Source: Verrucomicrobiaceae bacterium
GTDB lineage: Bacteria; Verrucomicrobiota; Verrucomicrobiia; Verrucomicrobiales; Akkermansiaceae
NCBI GenBank assembly: GCA_051252135.1
Contig: JBPOGH010000018.1
Location: 28,471-92,470 of the forward strand
Reading direction: 5' to 3'
DNA length: 64,000 bases
The position numbers and the translations under genes were made by a program. Shown here in pieces: positions 1 to 9,582 of the stretch (positions within the stretch are counted from its first letter, which is position 1; each line of letters opens with the position of its first letter). Below the pieces are notes generated by a model, which was not told the DNA's origin, did not search any database, and saw nothing but the letters and a program-made list of their open reading frames with translations.

Positions 1-663
1 GCGATGGGCGGCCGGCCGGCGGAGTTGCTGGTGACGCTGGCGGTGGCGAAGGGGACGCCGGTGCGGTGGGTGACGGATCTTTATGCGGGGATGCGGCAGT
101 GTCTGGGGTTGCACGGGGGGGTGATTGTGGGGGGGGAGACGACCTCGCTTCCGGCGGGTGCGCCGGTGATGATTTCGATCGCGGGTCGGGGATTGGTGGG
201 GCGGGAGCAGTTGGTGACGCGGGCGGGCGGGAAGCCGGGGGATGTGATTTTTGTGACGGGGAGGCTGGGCGGTTCGATCAAGGGGAAGCATCTCACCTTT
301 ACGCCGAGGGTGGCGGAGGCGGGGTGGTTGACGGGGAATTTTCGACTGCGGGCGATGATGGATTTATCGGACGGGTTGGCGAAGGATTTGCCGCGATTGG
401 CGAAGGCGAGTGGTTGCGGTTATGAGGTGGATGTTGATGGGGTGCCGCGGACGCGCGGGGTGTCGCTGGAGCAGGCGTTGGGGGATGGGGAGGATTATGA
501 GTTGTTGTTTACGGTATCGGCGAGGACGGCGAAGAGGCTTGAGGAGGGGTGGGGGAAGGAGTTTCCGGAGCTGGAGCTGAGTAGAATCGGGAGGCTGACG
601 GACGGGGAGGGTGATTGTTTGTTGGGAGGGTGGGATCATTTTTCCCGTGAGGCGGGTGACTGA
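1..663 (+). CDS. thiL: Thiamine-monophosphate kinase (5' truncated by window edge)
   Basis: IVGGET, R.GGKPGDVIFVTG.LG, AMMDLSDGL, GEDYELLFT and GGWDHF motifs of ThiL. Confidence 0.93.
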   Translation, partial: AMGGRPAELLVTLAVAKGTPVRWVTDLYAGMRQCLGLHGGVIVGGETTSLPAGAPVMISIAGRGLVGREQLVTRAGGKPGDVIFVTGRLGGSIKGKHLTFTPRVAEAGWLTGNFRLRAMMDLSDGLAKDLPRLAKASGCGYEVDVDGVPRTRGVSLEQALGDGEDYELLFTVSARTAKRLEEGWGKEFPELELSRIGRLTDGEGDCLLGGWDHFSREAGD

Positions 664-749
664 AATTGGGGGAATGGTGGCTTGTGCCGGGCCATTTATT
701 TTTCAACACCCCTTCCGCGCGTATGTGTGATCGAGATTTGAAAAAAGGA

Positions 750-2201
750 ATGGGCAACAGGTTGAGTCTGAGGTGGGGAGGGGTGCTTTTGTTGAACTTG
801 GTGGGAACGCTGGTGGGCGAGGTGAAGCCTGCGGCGTGGGAGTATACGGGGGCGGCGGGGGTGAGCGCTTCGAGTGGAAATAGCGACAGCCTGGCGTATC
901 ACCTTCGGTTTCTGGGGACTTATCGGGACGAGGATGAGGATGCGCAGTATGGGCTCGATTATTTTTATTCGGAGTATGCGGGGGTGAAGACGAATGATTC
1001 GTTGAGGCTTTATGGGAACTACAATCACCTGATCGGGGAACGGTTTTATTATGGTCTGGGAGGGAGTCTTTATACGAACGAGGCGTCGTTGCTGGACTAT
1101 CGGGCTGATCTGGGGCCGGTGTTTGGATATTACTTTTTGCGGGATGAGAAGAAGCTTCTGAGTGCGGAAGTGGGGGTGGGTTACGCGTTTGAGTCGAAGG
1201 CGGGGGCGAGTGATACGTTTGCGACGTTTCGGCTGGCGCAGCATTTTGATTACCGTTGGACGGAGATTACGCGGGTCCGGCAGTCGGTCTCCCTGACGCC
1301 GAAGATTGAGAATCCGGGGAGTTATGTTTTCGAGTTCGCGGCGGGGCTGGATCTGCGGATCAACGACAATTGGGATATTCAGCCGCGGGTGGTTCATCGG
1401 GTGGATCTTTCGCCGGCCTTTGGTCAGGAGAAGGCGGATACGCTGGTGACCTTGGGGTTTGCCTATTCGCTCAACGGTTTCCTGAAGGAGAAGGTGAAGC
1501 GGGCGGATGAGCGGAAGACGCTGAAGAAGAAGGATCTCAAGAAGGAGGGGAATCGGCAGGGGTGGATCCGGAATGTGGGGGCGGGGATTCGGTCGACGAA
1601 GGGGAATTCGGATACTTTTGATACGACGATCAATTATGAGACGGCGTTTCGCTCGAAGGAGCGGGAGTTTTTCTTCAAGGGGGATTATCGTTACGGGCAG
1701 AGCAAGGGGGTGACGACGGCGCACCGGTTGGGGTTTGGGTCGAGTTACAACTGGAAGTTTAGTCCGGAGAATTATGCGGGGACGAACGTGAGTTTTCTTC
1801 ACGATGACGCGTCAGATTTGAGTTACCGGATCACGCCGGGAGTGCATGCGGGGCGGTATTTTATTCTGACGGACAATGGCGGTTTTGCGCTGGAGGCGGG
1901 GGTGGGGCAGATGCTTCAGAAGCAGGCGGGGGTGAGTAGCGCGGAGCCGGCGTTTTCGGTGGCGCAGCGGCTTTACTGGCAGTTGGGGGATCACACGTAT
2001 GTGACCCAGGAGGTGGCGTATCAGGGGTTGTTGGAGGACCCTGCGGACTTCAATATTTCCTCGTATCTTTATCTGGATACGTTTTTGAGCGAGAACCTGT
2101 CGTGGCGGGTGGGGGCGGAGTATTATTACGACAGCACGCCATCGGGGACGAAGGAGAAGGGGGATTTTTCGCTGACGACGGGGATCGGGGTGCGGTTCTA
2201 G
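750..2201 (+). CDS. DUF481/YdiY-like outer-membrane beta-barrel protein with two tandem barrel domains
   Basis: Signal-like N-terminus; two homologous halves (GVSASSGNSD / GIRSTKGNSD, DYR.D.GP..GYYF / SYRITPG..AGRYF); C-terminal GIGVRF. Confidence 0.75.
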   Translation: MGNRLSLRWGGVLLLNLVGTLVGEVKPAAWEYTGAAGVSASSGNSDSLAYHLRFLGTYRDEDEDAQYGLDYFYSEYAGVKTNDSLRLYGNYNHLIGERFYYGLGGSLYTNEASLLDYRADLGPVFGYYFLRDEKKLLSAEVGVGYAFESKAGASDTFATFRLAQHFDYRWTEITRVRQSVSLTPKIENPGSYVFEFAAGLDLRINDNWDIQPRVVHRVDLSPAFGQEKADTLVTLGFAYSLNGFLKEKVKRADERKTLKKKDLKKEGNRQGWIRNVGAGIRSTKGNSDTFDTTINYETAFRSKEREFFFKGDYRYGQSKGVTTAHRLGFGSSYNWKFSPENYAGTNVSFLHDDASDLSYRITPGVHAGRYFILTDNGGFALEAGVGQMLQKQAGVSSAEPAFSVAQRLYWQLGDHTYVTQEVAYQGLLEDPADFNISSYLYLDTFLSENLSWRVGAEYYYDSTPSGTKEKGDFSLTTGIGVRF

Positions 2202-2272
2202 GGAAACCCAGCTTCAAGATGAAGCACGCTGAACGGTTTCATGGATTTTTTAGCCGGGGAAGCTGGGCTTCC
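2201..2272. repeat. REP-like inverted repeat pair
   Basis: GGAAACCCAGCTTC (2202-2215) is the reverse complement, with 1 mismatch, of GAAGCTGGGCTTCC (2259-2272); lies between convergent genes. Confidence 0.5.
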
Positions 2273-2329
2273 GAGGTGAGAGGAGCTGCAGCAGCGAACC
2301 CCCTCTTGAAGCAGCGCTTCCCCAGGGGA

Positions 2330-3145
2330 TTATTTTTCCTTGGGGATGGACCAGGCGTTGAGCCAATCCTGTTTGGTTTTTTGGTAGCCTTTTTCGAGGA
2401 GGGATTTTTCCATGTCGGGGAAGTGGGCGGCTCCGTAGAAGACGGCGAGGTTTTGGTGGCCGGCGGCGAGTTGGGTGTCGAGGACGGCGAGGCATTTGGC
2501 GTTGCGGTCGGTGATGATGACGGTGTCGCCAGCGAGGCCGCCGATTTGGTCATCGCCGGCGCCGAGGGTGCCGAGGAGTTCGAGTTTGAGTTTATCGGAA
2601 TCGCCGGTGACGAGGGCGGCCATGAGCTTGAGGACGCTGGGCTGGGTGTTGGGGTCGGCGTCCTGGCCGGCCTTGAGGGCGAAGCCGAGGATGGATTCGC
2701 CGCGTTTTTTCTGGAGGGCCTGGAATTCGGCGATGGTGAGGTCGGCGTGGACGAAGTTGTCTTTGTCGTAGTCGACGACTTTCTTTTGTTCGGCGAGTTC
2801 GAGGAAGCGGGCCATGCCGGCGTAGGCTTTGTTGAGGAGATTTGGTTTTTCGCCGTGTTTTTGGACGGCAGCCATGCGCTCGCCGCCGATCATTTCGAAG
2901 AGGAGTTTGTCGTAGGTGGCGAATTTTTTGTTGAGGGTTTCGTAGTAGGATTGGTCGGCAATGTGGACAGCGCCGATGAGGGTGATGGAGGCGGTTCCCT
3001 TGGTGTAGGTGGTGTTTGAGGTCTGGAGGTGGGCGGAATTTTCGGTGTGGTGGACGCGGATGAAGTCGGTTTTTTCCACCTCGGGAAGGGCCTCCTGGGC
3101 GAGGGCGCTGGAGGTGAAGAGGAGGGAAAGGAAGGCGGACTTCAT
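2330..3145 (-). CDS. Secreted hypothetical protein (TraB/GumN-like motifs)
   Basis: Signal peptide MKSAFLSLLFTSSALA; LIGAVHIAD, DRN and FYGAAH motifs. Confidence 0.7.
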   Translation of the reverse strand: MKSAFLSLLFTSSALAQEALPEVEKTDFIRVHHTENSAHLQTSNTTYTKGTASITLIGAVHIADQSYYETLNKKFATYDKLLFEMIGGERMAAVQKHGEKPNLLNKAYAGMARFLELAEQKKVVDYDKDNFVHADLTIAEFQALQKKRGESILGFALKAGQDADPNTQPSVLKLMAALVTGDSDKLKLELLGTLGAGDDQIGGLAGDTVIITDRNAKCLAVLDTQLAAGHQNLAVFYGAAHFPDMEKSLLEKGYQKTKQDWLNAWSIPKEK

Positions 3146-3238
3146 GGTTTTCACTGTAAATCCGGAGAAGAAGGGTGCAATGGATGAATTCCAGCGATTG
3201 CGGAGGGGGCGGTTTTGGCCTACATCCTTTTTCAGATC

Positions 3239-5011
3239 ATGTCAGTGGAGCTCCAGTATTGTGAAGACCTCTTCCGCTATCAGCGGCGGGTGTCGCGTGA
3301 AGTGACGGTTGGGAATGTGAAGATGGGGGGCGACAATCCGGTGGTGGTGCAGTCGATGATCACCTCGGACACGCGGGATACGGAGGCGTGTGTGGCGGAG
3401 GTGCTGCAGCTGGCGGAGGCGGGGTGTCAGATTGTGCGGATCACGGCGCAGACGAAGAAGTATGCCGCGAATCTGGAGAATATCCGGGACGGGGTGCGTG
3501 CGGCGGGTTGTGAGGTGCCGTTGGTGGCGGATATTCATTTTAAGCCGGATGCGGCGTTTGAGGCGGCGAAGTGGGTGGAGAAGATTCGGGTGAATCCGGG
3601 GAACTATGCGGATAAGAAGAAGTTTGAGATTCGGGAATACACCGATGACCAGTATGGGGAGGAGCTGGAGCGGATCCGGGAGGAATTTGCGCCGCTGGTG
3701 ACCCTTTGCAAGGAGTTGGGCCGGGCGATGCGGATTGGGACGAATCACGGGTCGTTGAGTGACCGGATCATGAATCGTTACGGCGACACGCCGCTGGGGA
3801 TGGTGGAGAGTGCGCTGGAGTTTGCGCGTTTGGCGCGGGAGCAGGACTATCACAATTTTGTGTTCTCGATGAAGGCTTCGAATCCGAAGGTGATGATCGA
3901 GGCGTATCGTCTGTTGGTGGCGCGTCTGGCGATGGAGGGGCCGGACTGGAATTATCCGTTGCACCTCGGGGTGACGGAGGCGGGTGATGGCGAGGATGGA
4001 CGGATCAAGAGCGCGATCGGGATTGGTTCGCTGTTGGCGGACGGGATTGGTGATACGATCCGCGTGAGTTTGACGGAGGATGCGGTTTACGAAGTGCCGG
4101 TGGCGCAGGCGCTGGTGACGGAGGCGAGGAATTTACCGAAAGGGAAGATCGAGGAATCCTTTGCTCCTTCGTGGAGTCCTTTTGAATATGCGCGGCGTCA
4201 CAGCGAGGTGATTTCGCGGAGTGGTCACGCGATGGGCGGGACCGAGCTGGTGCGGGTGTTTACCTCGCAAGCGAAGTGGGATGCGGTGTCGCACAAGCTG
4301 GATCAAATGGGCGATTATCAGCCTGAGGTGGTGATTGAGGGAGCGCAGGTGGTGGCGATTGATCCCCGTGACGGGGAGGCGATCCATGCGGTGAATGCGG
4401 AGTCCGAAGCGCAGCTGGTGACGGTGGTGGATGGGTTGGATTTGGCTCCGATTGCGGCGTTTCGTTTGTTGGCGGCACGGCTGGATGCTCGTCATGTGAT
4501 CCTGCTGAAGGATACCTTGGTGCCCGAGGATGATGACTTTTTACCGACGTTGCTGCGGGCGTCGATGACGCTGGGGTCGTTGATCTGTGACGGGATTGGC
4601 GATGCGATTATTTTGCAAGGGGAGTCGGCGCCGGGTCAGTCGTTGCGATTGTCTTATAACATTCTGCAGGCAGCGGGAGCGCGGATTTTCAAGACGGATT
4701 ATGTGGCGTGTCCGAGTTGTGGACGGACGCTTTTTAATCTTCAGGATACGACGCAGAAGATTCGGGAGGCGACGGGTCATTTGAAGGGGGTGCGGATCGC
4801 GGTGATGGGCTGCATTGTGAACGGTCCGGGTGAGATGGCGGATGCGGACTTTGGTTACGTGGGTGGAGCGCCGGGCAAGATCAACCTCTACGTGGGTAAG
4901 GAAGCGGTAAAGTTTAACATTCCGGAGGGGGAAGCGGTGGAGCGGCTGAAGGATTTGATCACCGAGCATGGCAAGTGGATTGAGGCACCGGAGCAGAAGG
5001 TGGAAATTTGA
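3239..5011 (+). CDS. ispG: (E)-4-hydroxy-3-methylbut-2-enyl-diphosphate synthase, long form
   Basis: VQSM, LVADIHF, RVNPGN, RIGTNHGSLS, PLHLGVTEAG, CPSCGRT and MGCIVNGPGE. Confidence 0.97.
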   Translation: MSVELQYCEDLFRYQRRVSREVTVGNVKMGGDNPVVVQSMITSDTRDTEACVAEVLQLAEAGCQIVRITAQTKKYAANLENIRDGVRAAGCEVPLVADIHFKPDAAFEAAKWVEKIRVNPGNYADKKKFEIREYTDDQYGEELERIREEFAPLVTLCKELGRAMRIGTNHGSLSDRIMNRYGDTPLGMVESALEFARLAREQDYHNFVFSMKASNPKVMIEAYRLLVARLAMEGPDWNYPLHLGVTEAGDGEDGRIKSAIGIGSLLADGIGDTIRVSLTEDAVYEVPVAQALVTEARNLPKGKIEESFAPSWSPFEYARRHSEVISRSGHAMGGTELVRVFTSQAKWDAVSHKLDQMGDYQPEVVIEGAQVVAIDPRDGEAIHAVNAESEAQLVTVVDGLDLAPIAAFRLLAARLDARHVILLKDTLVPEDDDFLPTLLRASMTLGSLICDGIGDAIILQGESAPGQSLRLSYNILQAAGARIFKTDYVACPSCGRTLFNLQDTTQKIREATGHLKGVRIAVMGCIVNGPGEMADADFGYVGGAPGKINLYVGKEAVKFNIPEGEAVERLKDLITEHGKWIEAPEQKVEI

Positions 5012-5301
5012 TGAACGCTGTTGATGCCCCGGCAAGGGAGAGCAAAACACGAACCAAGGAGAAGGTTGATGCTCCGTGGAATGTGGTGGTGCTCGATGAT
5101 CCCGTGAATTTGATGGAGTATGTGGCACGGGTGCTGATGCGGATTTTTGGCTACTCGCGGGAGAAAGCGGAGGAGCTGATGATGGCGGTGCACCAGCAGG
5201 GGAAAGCGGTGGTGTGGAGCGGGGGTCGGGAGAAGGCGGAGATGTATGTGCAGGAGCTGCACATTGCGCAGCTTCATGCGACCTTGCAAAAATCATCATG
5301 A
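5011..5301 (+). CDS. clpS: ATP-dependent Clp protease adaptor ClpS
   Basis: WNVVVLDDPVNLMEYV...LMMAVHQQGKAVV. Confidence 0.93.
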   Translation: MNAVDAPARESKTRTKEKVDAPWNVVVLDDPVNLMEYVARVLMRIFGYSREKAEELMMAVHQQGKAVVWSGGREKAEMYVQELHIAQLHATLQKSS

Positions 5302-5741
5302 CGGTCATGCCCATGCTCAATGGCGGGCTGAAGCTCGTGCCGGAAGATGCTGCCGATTGGGCGGTGCTGGTGGGGGTGGCGACGGATGCCCACGAAGAGC
5401 TGGCGGCGCGGCTTGGCGGGTTGATGGATGAGGAGTCGATGTGGGAGGACATCGTGGTGCCGGATCTGGAGACGCATTTTTCCGGTCAACTGAAGCATGT
5501 GATTGATGCGGTGAACGCGGGGAAAAAGGAGGAGGAAATCACCATTTCGAAAGAGGATGCGGAGGCCTGGTATGGGGCGTTGAACCAAGCGCGGCTGGGG
5601 CTGGAATCGAAGTATCACTTTGGTCAGGAGGAGGATATTGATCCTGACGAGATGGAGGGGGAGGAGGAGCAGGCTTATTTGCGGGGGCGGTTTTATTGCG
5701 CGGTGCAGAGTCTGCTGATGGAGTATGTGATGGAGATGTAG
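5298..5741 (+). CDS. DUF2017-like protein downstream of clpS
   Basis: ATGA overlap with clpS; AEAWYGALNQARLGL motif; typical clpS neighbour. Confidence 0.7.
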   Translation: MTVMPMLNGGLKLVPEDAADWAVLVGVATDAHEELAARLGGLMDEESMWEDIVVPDLETHFSGQLKHVIDAVNAGKKEEEITISKEDAEAWYGALNQARLGLESKYHFGQEEDIDPDEMEGEEEQAYLRGRFYCAVQSLLMEYVMEM

Positions 5742-6487
5742 GTGGGGAGGTTGCTTGGTTGAATTGAATTTGAACCGCAGATGAACAGGATGGAAGGGAT
5801 GGCTTGGTTGGAGGGCTGCAACCGGAATGGAGTGGAGCCGGAGTAAGGTGAGGATGGTCGAAGAGAAATAGACGGAAAGCAAAAGGAGAGGAAGGAGGGG
5901 ATGCTTTTGGATGGGAAAAACGAGGTGATTTCAACTTTGGAGAGTGTGTTGATGAGATGACTTCCAGCCGTGGTATACGGTGGGAGTTATTTGCAAGAAG
6001 TGCCGACTTGAACAAGGGCTTCTACGGTGCGATAACTTGTCCGGTAGGTTCTTGATATGATTTGATGAATGAGCGGAAACAGGCAGATTGCGACGATAGG
6101 GGTCTTCTCTCTGCGAGGAGATATGCGCTTCCTGCGTCCGGGAATTTGGGAAATCCGATTCTTCAGGCTTTTCCCGCTTATGATGGGAATGGGAACATCA
6201 TTGCCTGGACGGATGAGAATGGCAGTATCCAGCACCGGATCGACTACGATGGATTCGGGAATAAGGTGATGGAATACGGTGCCTGGTCAGCAGAGGAACG
6301 GATCCGGTATGGGTTCTCGACGAAACCGGAAGATGTGGAAACGGGGCTGCTTTACTACGGCTATCGGTATTACGATCCCGTGACGGGGAGATGGCCGAGT
6401 AGAGACCCGATTGGGGAACGTGGGGGGATCAATCTCTACGGGATGGTGGGGAATGATGCATTGAATTGGTGGGATTACCTCGGTTTA
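5586..6487 (+). repeat. Direct repeat copy 1 (3' end of DUF2017-like gene + intergenic DNA + Rhs core)
   Basis: Near-identical to 7536-8524; the two copies diverge after the DYLGL-coding sequence. Confidence 0.95.
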
Positions 6488-6952
6488 GAAGAAGGAGCCA
6501 AATGGGTTTTAGAGTCATCTGAATGGGGTGAATGGGAATTCGTAAACGCTAGGTTTAATGTTGAAAGTGTAGCGTTGTCAGGTTTGACGACTGTTTTTGT
6601 TCAATTTGAGCAAGACAGTAATATCATACTTGAATACGAACAAAAAGGAGATGTTGTGTGCCGTTGTGTTAGTACCGAGAAACGAGTCACCATACAGGTT
6701 ACTTCTAAAATAGAAGAAGAGGTATGGATTCCTTCTTTAGGGCATGCAATTTATACTCAAGGCGGTAACAAAGCTAAGATTGCAACAACTGGCTTTAAAA
6801 CAGCACAAAGTATGTACAAAAATCTAAAGAAAAAACGTAAAGGTCAAAAATTAGGAGATGTAGCTAAAGAGTTAACCGAAGCTATTGAGGACTTTATGCC
6901 TGATTTCAAAGAAGACGGCGATTGGGAGGATCCCTGTCCTAAATTGAAGTAA
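6062..6952 (+). CDS. Orphan Rhs-core protein with variable C-terminal toxin-like domain
   Basis: YDGNGN, YGFSTKPED.ETGLLYYGYRYYDP.TGRWPSRDPI and DYLGL, followed by an AT-rich C-terminus. Confidence 0.88.
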   Translation: MMNERKQADCDDRGLLSARRYALPASGNLGNPILQAFPAYDGNGNIIAWTDENGSIQHRIDYDGFGNKVMEYGAWSAEERIRYGFSTKPEDVETGLLYYGYRYYDPVTGRWPSRDPIGERGGINLYGMVGNDALNWWDYLGLEEGAKWVLESSEWGEWEFVNARFNVESVALSGLTTVFVQFEQDSNIILEYEQKGDVVCRCVSTEKRVTIQVTSKIEEEVWIPSLGHAIYTQGGNKAKIATTGFKTAQSMYKNLKKKRKGQKLGDVAKELTEAIEDFMPDFKEDGDWEDPCPKLK

Positions 6953-6977
6953 AACCTTAGAAAATTATTAATTTATA

Positions 6978-7394
6978 ATGTATAAACCACTATTTCTTTT
7001 ATTGCTTTCGCCTTTTTTTTCTTTGGGGGAAGTTGTAAAATCAAGCAGATCACAGGCTGAGTTTAAGGTCTCCGACGTAGTTTCATTGGTAGATGGCGAT
7101 GAAGAAGATCGTTTTTTGATAAAGATTTTCGTGGGCAAAAAGCCAATTACTGATATCTACACTGAAGGGTTAAAGGTGAAGACGTTCTCACCCATTCATA
7201 ATAATAAATTCATTGCCGTTTTGGTCTTGTCTGACAAGGATGTGAAAGGTGACATGATTGCTATTTACAAGTTAGATAATGATATGAATTTAAACGAAGT
7301 GATTGACATTGTTGTCGTGAAGAAAAATAACGAAAAATTAAAAGTGTCATTTTTGGACGATGAAAATTGGAAAATTTTCACCCAAAATCGATGA
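6978..7394 (+). CDS. Putative secreted immunity protein
   Basis: AT-rich ORF directly after the Rhs-CT; signal peptide MYKPLFLLLLSPFFSLG. Confidence 0.6.
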   Translation: MYKPLFLLLLSPFFSLGEVVKSSRSQAEFKVSDVVSLVDGDEEDRFLIKIFVGKKPITDIYTEGLKVKTFSPIHNNKFIAVLVLSDKDVKGDMIAIYKLDNDMNLNEVIDIVVVKKNNEKLKVSFLDDENWKIFTQNR

Positions 7395-7535
7395 TTTCGC
7401 ATAAAACTACGCCAGCAACGAATGGCACCAGCTTAAGCGGCTTTTCGTAGAAAAAATATGCCAAGCATACAATAGCGGTTGACCCCGTTTTTTGCAAAAT
7501 CAAAATTACAAAATTATGCCAGGCATACAATGGTG

Positions 7536-7691
7536 CAAGCACGGCTGGGGCTGGAATCGAAGTATCACTTTGGTCAGGAGGAGGATATTGATCCTGACGA
7601 GATGGAAGGGGAGGAAGAGCAGGCTTATTTGCGGGGGCGGTTTTATTGCGCGGTGCAGAGTCTGCTGATGGAGTATGTGATGGAGATGTAG
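7536..7691 (+). pseudogene. Duplicated 3' fragment of the DUF2017-like gene
   Basis: Encodes QARLGLESKY...MEYVMEM*, identical in protein to 5586-5741. Confidence 0.9.
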
Positions 7692-8524
7692 GTGGGGGAG
7701 GGTGCTTGGTTTTACTTGGTTGAATTGAATTTGAACCGCAGATGAACAGGATGGAAGGGATGGCTTGGTTGGGGGGAGGAAAATCCTAAATTCCAGATGG
7801 GGAAATTCTAAACAAATTCGAAATGAGAAACTGGAAACCTTAGATTGGGGGGCTGCAACCGGAATGGAGTGGAGCCGGAGTAAGGTGAGGATGGTCGAAG
7901 AGAAATAGACGGAAAGCAAAAGGAGAGGAAGGAGGGGATGCTTTTGGATGGGAAAAACGAGGTGATTTCAACTTTGGAGAGTGTGTTGATGAGATGACTT
8001 CCAGCCGTGGTATACGGTGGGAGTTATTTGCAAGAAGTGCCGACTTGAACAAGGGCTTCTACGGTGCGATAACTTGTCCGGTAGGTTCTTGATATGATTT
8101 GATGAATGAGCGGAAACAGGCAGATTGCGACGATAGGGGTCTTCTCTCTGCGAGGAGATATGCGCTTCCTGCGTCCGGGAATTTGGGAAATCCGATTCTT
8201 CAGGCTTTTCCCGCTTATGATGGGAATGGGAACATCATTGCCTGGACGGATGAGAATGGCAGTATCCAGCACCGGATCGACTACGATGGATTCGGGAATA
8301 AGGTGATGGAATACGGTGCCTGGTCAGCAGAGGAACGGGTCCGGTATGGGTTCTCGACGAAACCGGAAGATGTGGAATCAGGGCTGCTTTATTACGGCTA
8401 TCGTTACTATGATCCGGTGACGGGAAGATGGCCAAGCAGAGATCCGATTGAGGAAGATGGGGGAATCAATCTGTATGCCTTTGCTTCAAACAACGGAATT
8501 AACAGGTGGGATTATTTAGGGTTG
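7536..8524 (+). repeat. Direct repeat copy 2 (contains an extra 76-bp insert near 7773-7848)
   Basis: Offset to copy 1 shifts 1950 -> 1961 -> 2037 along the repeat. Confidence 0.95.
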
Positions 8525-9064
8525 TCTGATGAGGACTGTGCTAGCGCAAACCAAAACTGTCAAGACGATTGCCGCAGTAAACATACTGGTCCTCGGTCTT
8601 TGCCACGACGAAATCGGTGTTTAAAAGAATGCCGGAAGAAGAATGATGAATGTGAAAAAGGATATCGTTCTTGCTGCGGCGGTAAGTTCTTGGAAAGAGG
8701 TTATCTGTGTTGTGGTGGAAAACAGTTCCGTCGGACACGAGGGAAATCTTGCTGTGGAGGAAAGTTGATTCAACTCGGTCCAAACTCAGGTTGTTGTGGC
8801 GGTAAAAGCATGCCACGAAGGACCAAATGTTGTGTGAATGGTGAGCAGGTAAACAAGATCCCTCTCTACGAACGTGATTTTAAAGATTTAGGAGCGTGTG
8901 TTGGATCGAATACAATGGAATCCGAGATGGCTATCCCAATTTCTGGAGGACTCTTGGCTTGGGGTAAGAAGGTAGGGCGAGTTGCGCCAGTCGTTGGAAT
9001 GGCTATGTTGGGAGATCAGATGGAAGCATACAAAAGGTGTCAGGAGTTAGTATGTCCAAAATAG
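8099..9064 (+). CDS. Orphan Rhs-core protein with Cys-rich (CCGGK repeat) C-terminal domain
   Basis: Same N-terminus as 6062-6952; Rhs core up to DYLGL; four CCGGK repeats plus CCVNG. Confidence 0.88.
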   Translation: MMNERKQADCDDRGLLSARRYALPASGNLGNPILQAFPAYDGNGNIIAWTDENGSIQHRIDYDGFGNKVMEYGAWSAEERVRYGFSTKPEDVESGLLYYGYRYYDPVTGRWPSRDPIEEDGGINLYAFASNNGINRWDYLGLSDEDCASANQNCQDDCRSKHTGPRSLPRRNRCLKECRKKNDECEKGYRSCCGGKFLERGYLCCGGKQFRRTRGKSCCGGKLIQLGPNSGCCGGKSMPRRTKCCVNGEQVNKIPLYERDFKDLGACVGSNTMESEMAIPISGGLLAWGKKVGRVAPVVGMAMLGDQMEAYKRCQELVCPK

Positions 9065-9213
9065 TTTTTTCAGGTTGGATGATTGCCATTTTTGGGATGG
9101 GCCTTTGGTCTTCATCTCTTCTGCCAACCGAATTCAAGTTTCTTGTAAATATGTTTGGTCCTGCCCTTTATGTGGCGGGAACTATTACATTGTTAGTTGG
9201 TCGGAGTAAATGA
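9052..9213 (+). CDS. 53-aa two-TM putative immunity protein (not in ORF track)
   Basis: ATG 9052 after CAGGAG, overlapping the toxin stop; MSKIVFSGWMIAIFGMGLWSSSLLPTEFKFLVNMFGPALYVAGTITLLVGRSK*. Confidence 0.65.
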   Translation: MSKIVFSGWMIAIFGMGLWSSSLLPTEFKFLVNMFGPALYVAGTITLLVGRSK

Positions 9214-9262
9214 CTTGGCGAGTCCGTCCGATTTTCAATCATTCAGTTTCCCATAGAAAAAT

Positions 9263-9517
9263 ATGAAAAAATATGCCAGGCATGAATGGCACGTAGTTAA
9301 GCAGGTTTTCGGTAGTATACTAAAATATGCCAGGCATACAATATTCGGGGACCGTTCAGTAAGAATTCTCAATGAGATTTCTCGCTGGATAGTTCTGTTT
9401 CTTTGTGTTAAAGCATTAGCTTCAGATTATCCAAATGAGGTCAGAATAGGCGGTGGTATAGTGCTTTTTGTATTACTTGTTGATGCGTTCTTTCGTCTTC
9501 GAAAGTCTAAAAGCTGA
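9263..9517 (+). CDS. Small membrane ORF, probably an orphan immunity fragment; start uncertain
   Basis: Two hydrophobic segments; its N-terminal part is encoded by the junction repeat motif. Confidence 0.4.
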   Translation: MKKYARHEWHVVKQVFGSILKYARHTIFGDRSVRILNEISRWIVLFLCVKALASDYPNEVRIGGGIVLFVLLVDAFFRLRKSKS

Positions 9518-9582
9518 AAAAGTAAGAAAGGCATACAACGAGGCGCTCTTGCAGATCAGGAATTAGGATACTGTTATTAGAT

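Noticed and set aside
3239..5011. Unusually long IspG
   Set aside because: The three-domain long form is known from plants, Chlamydiae and related bacteria
7479..7691. Independent 70-aa gene
   Set aside because: Chimera of the junction motif and a duplicated 3' gene fragment
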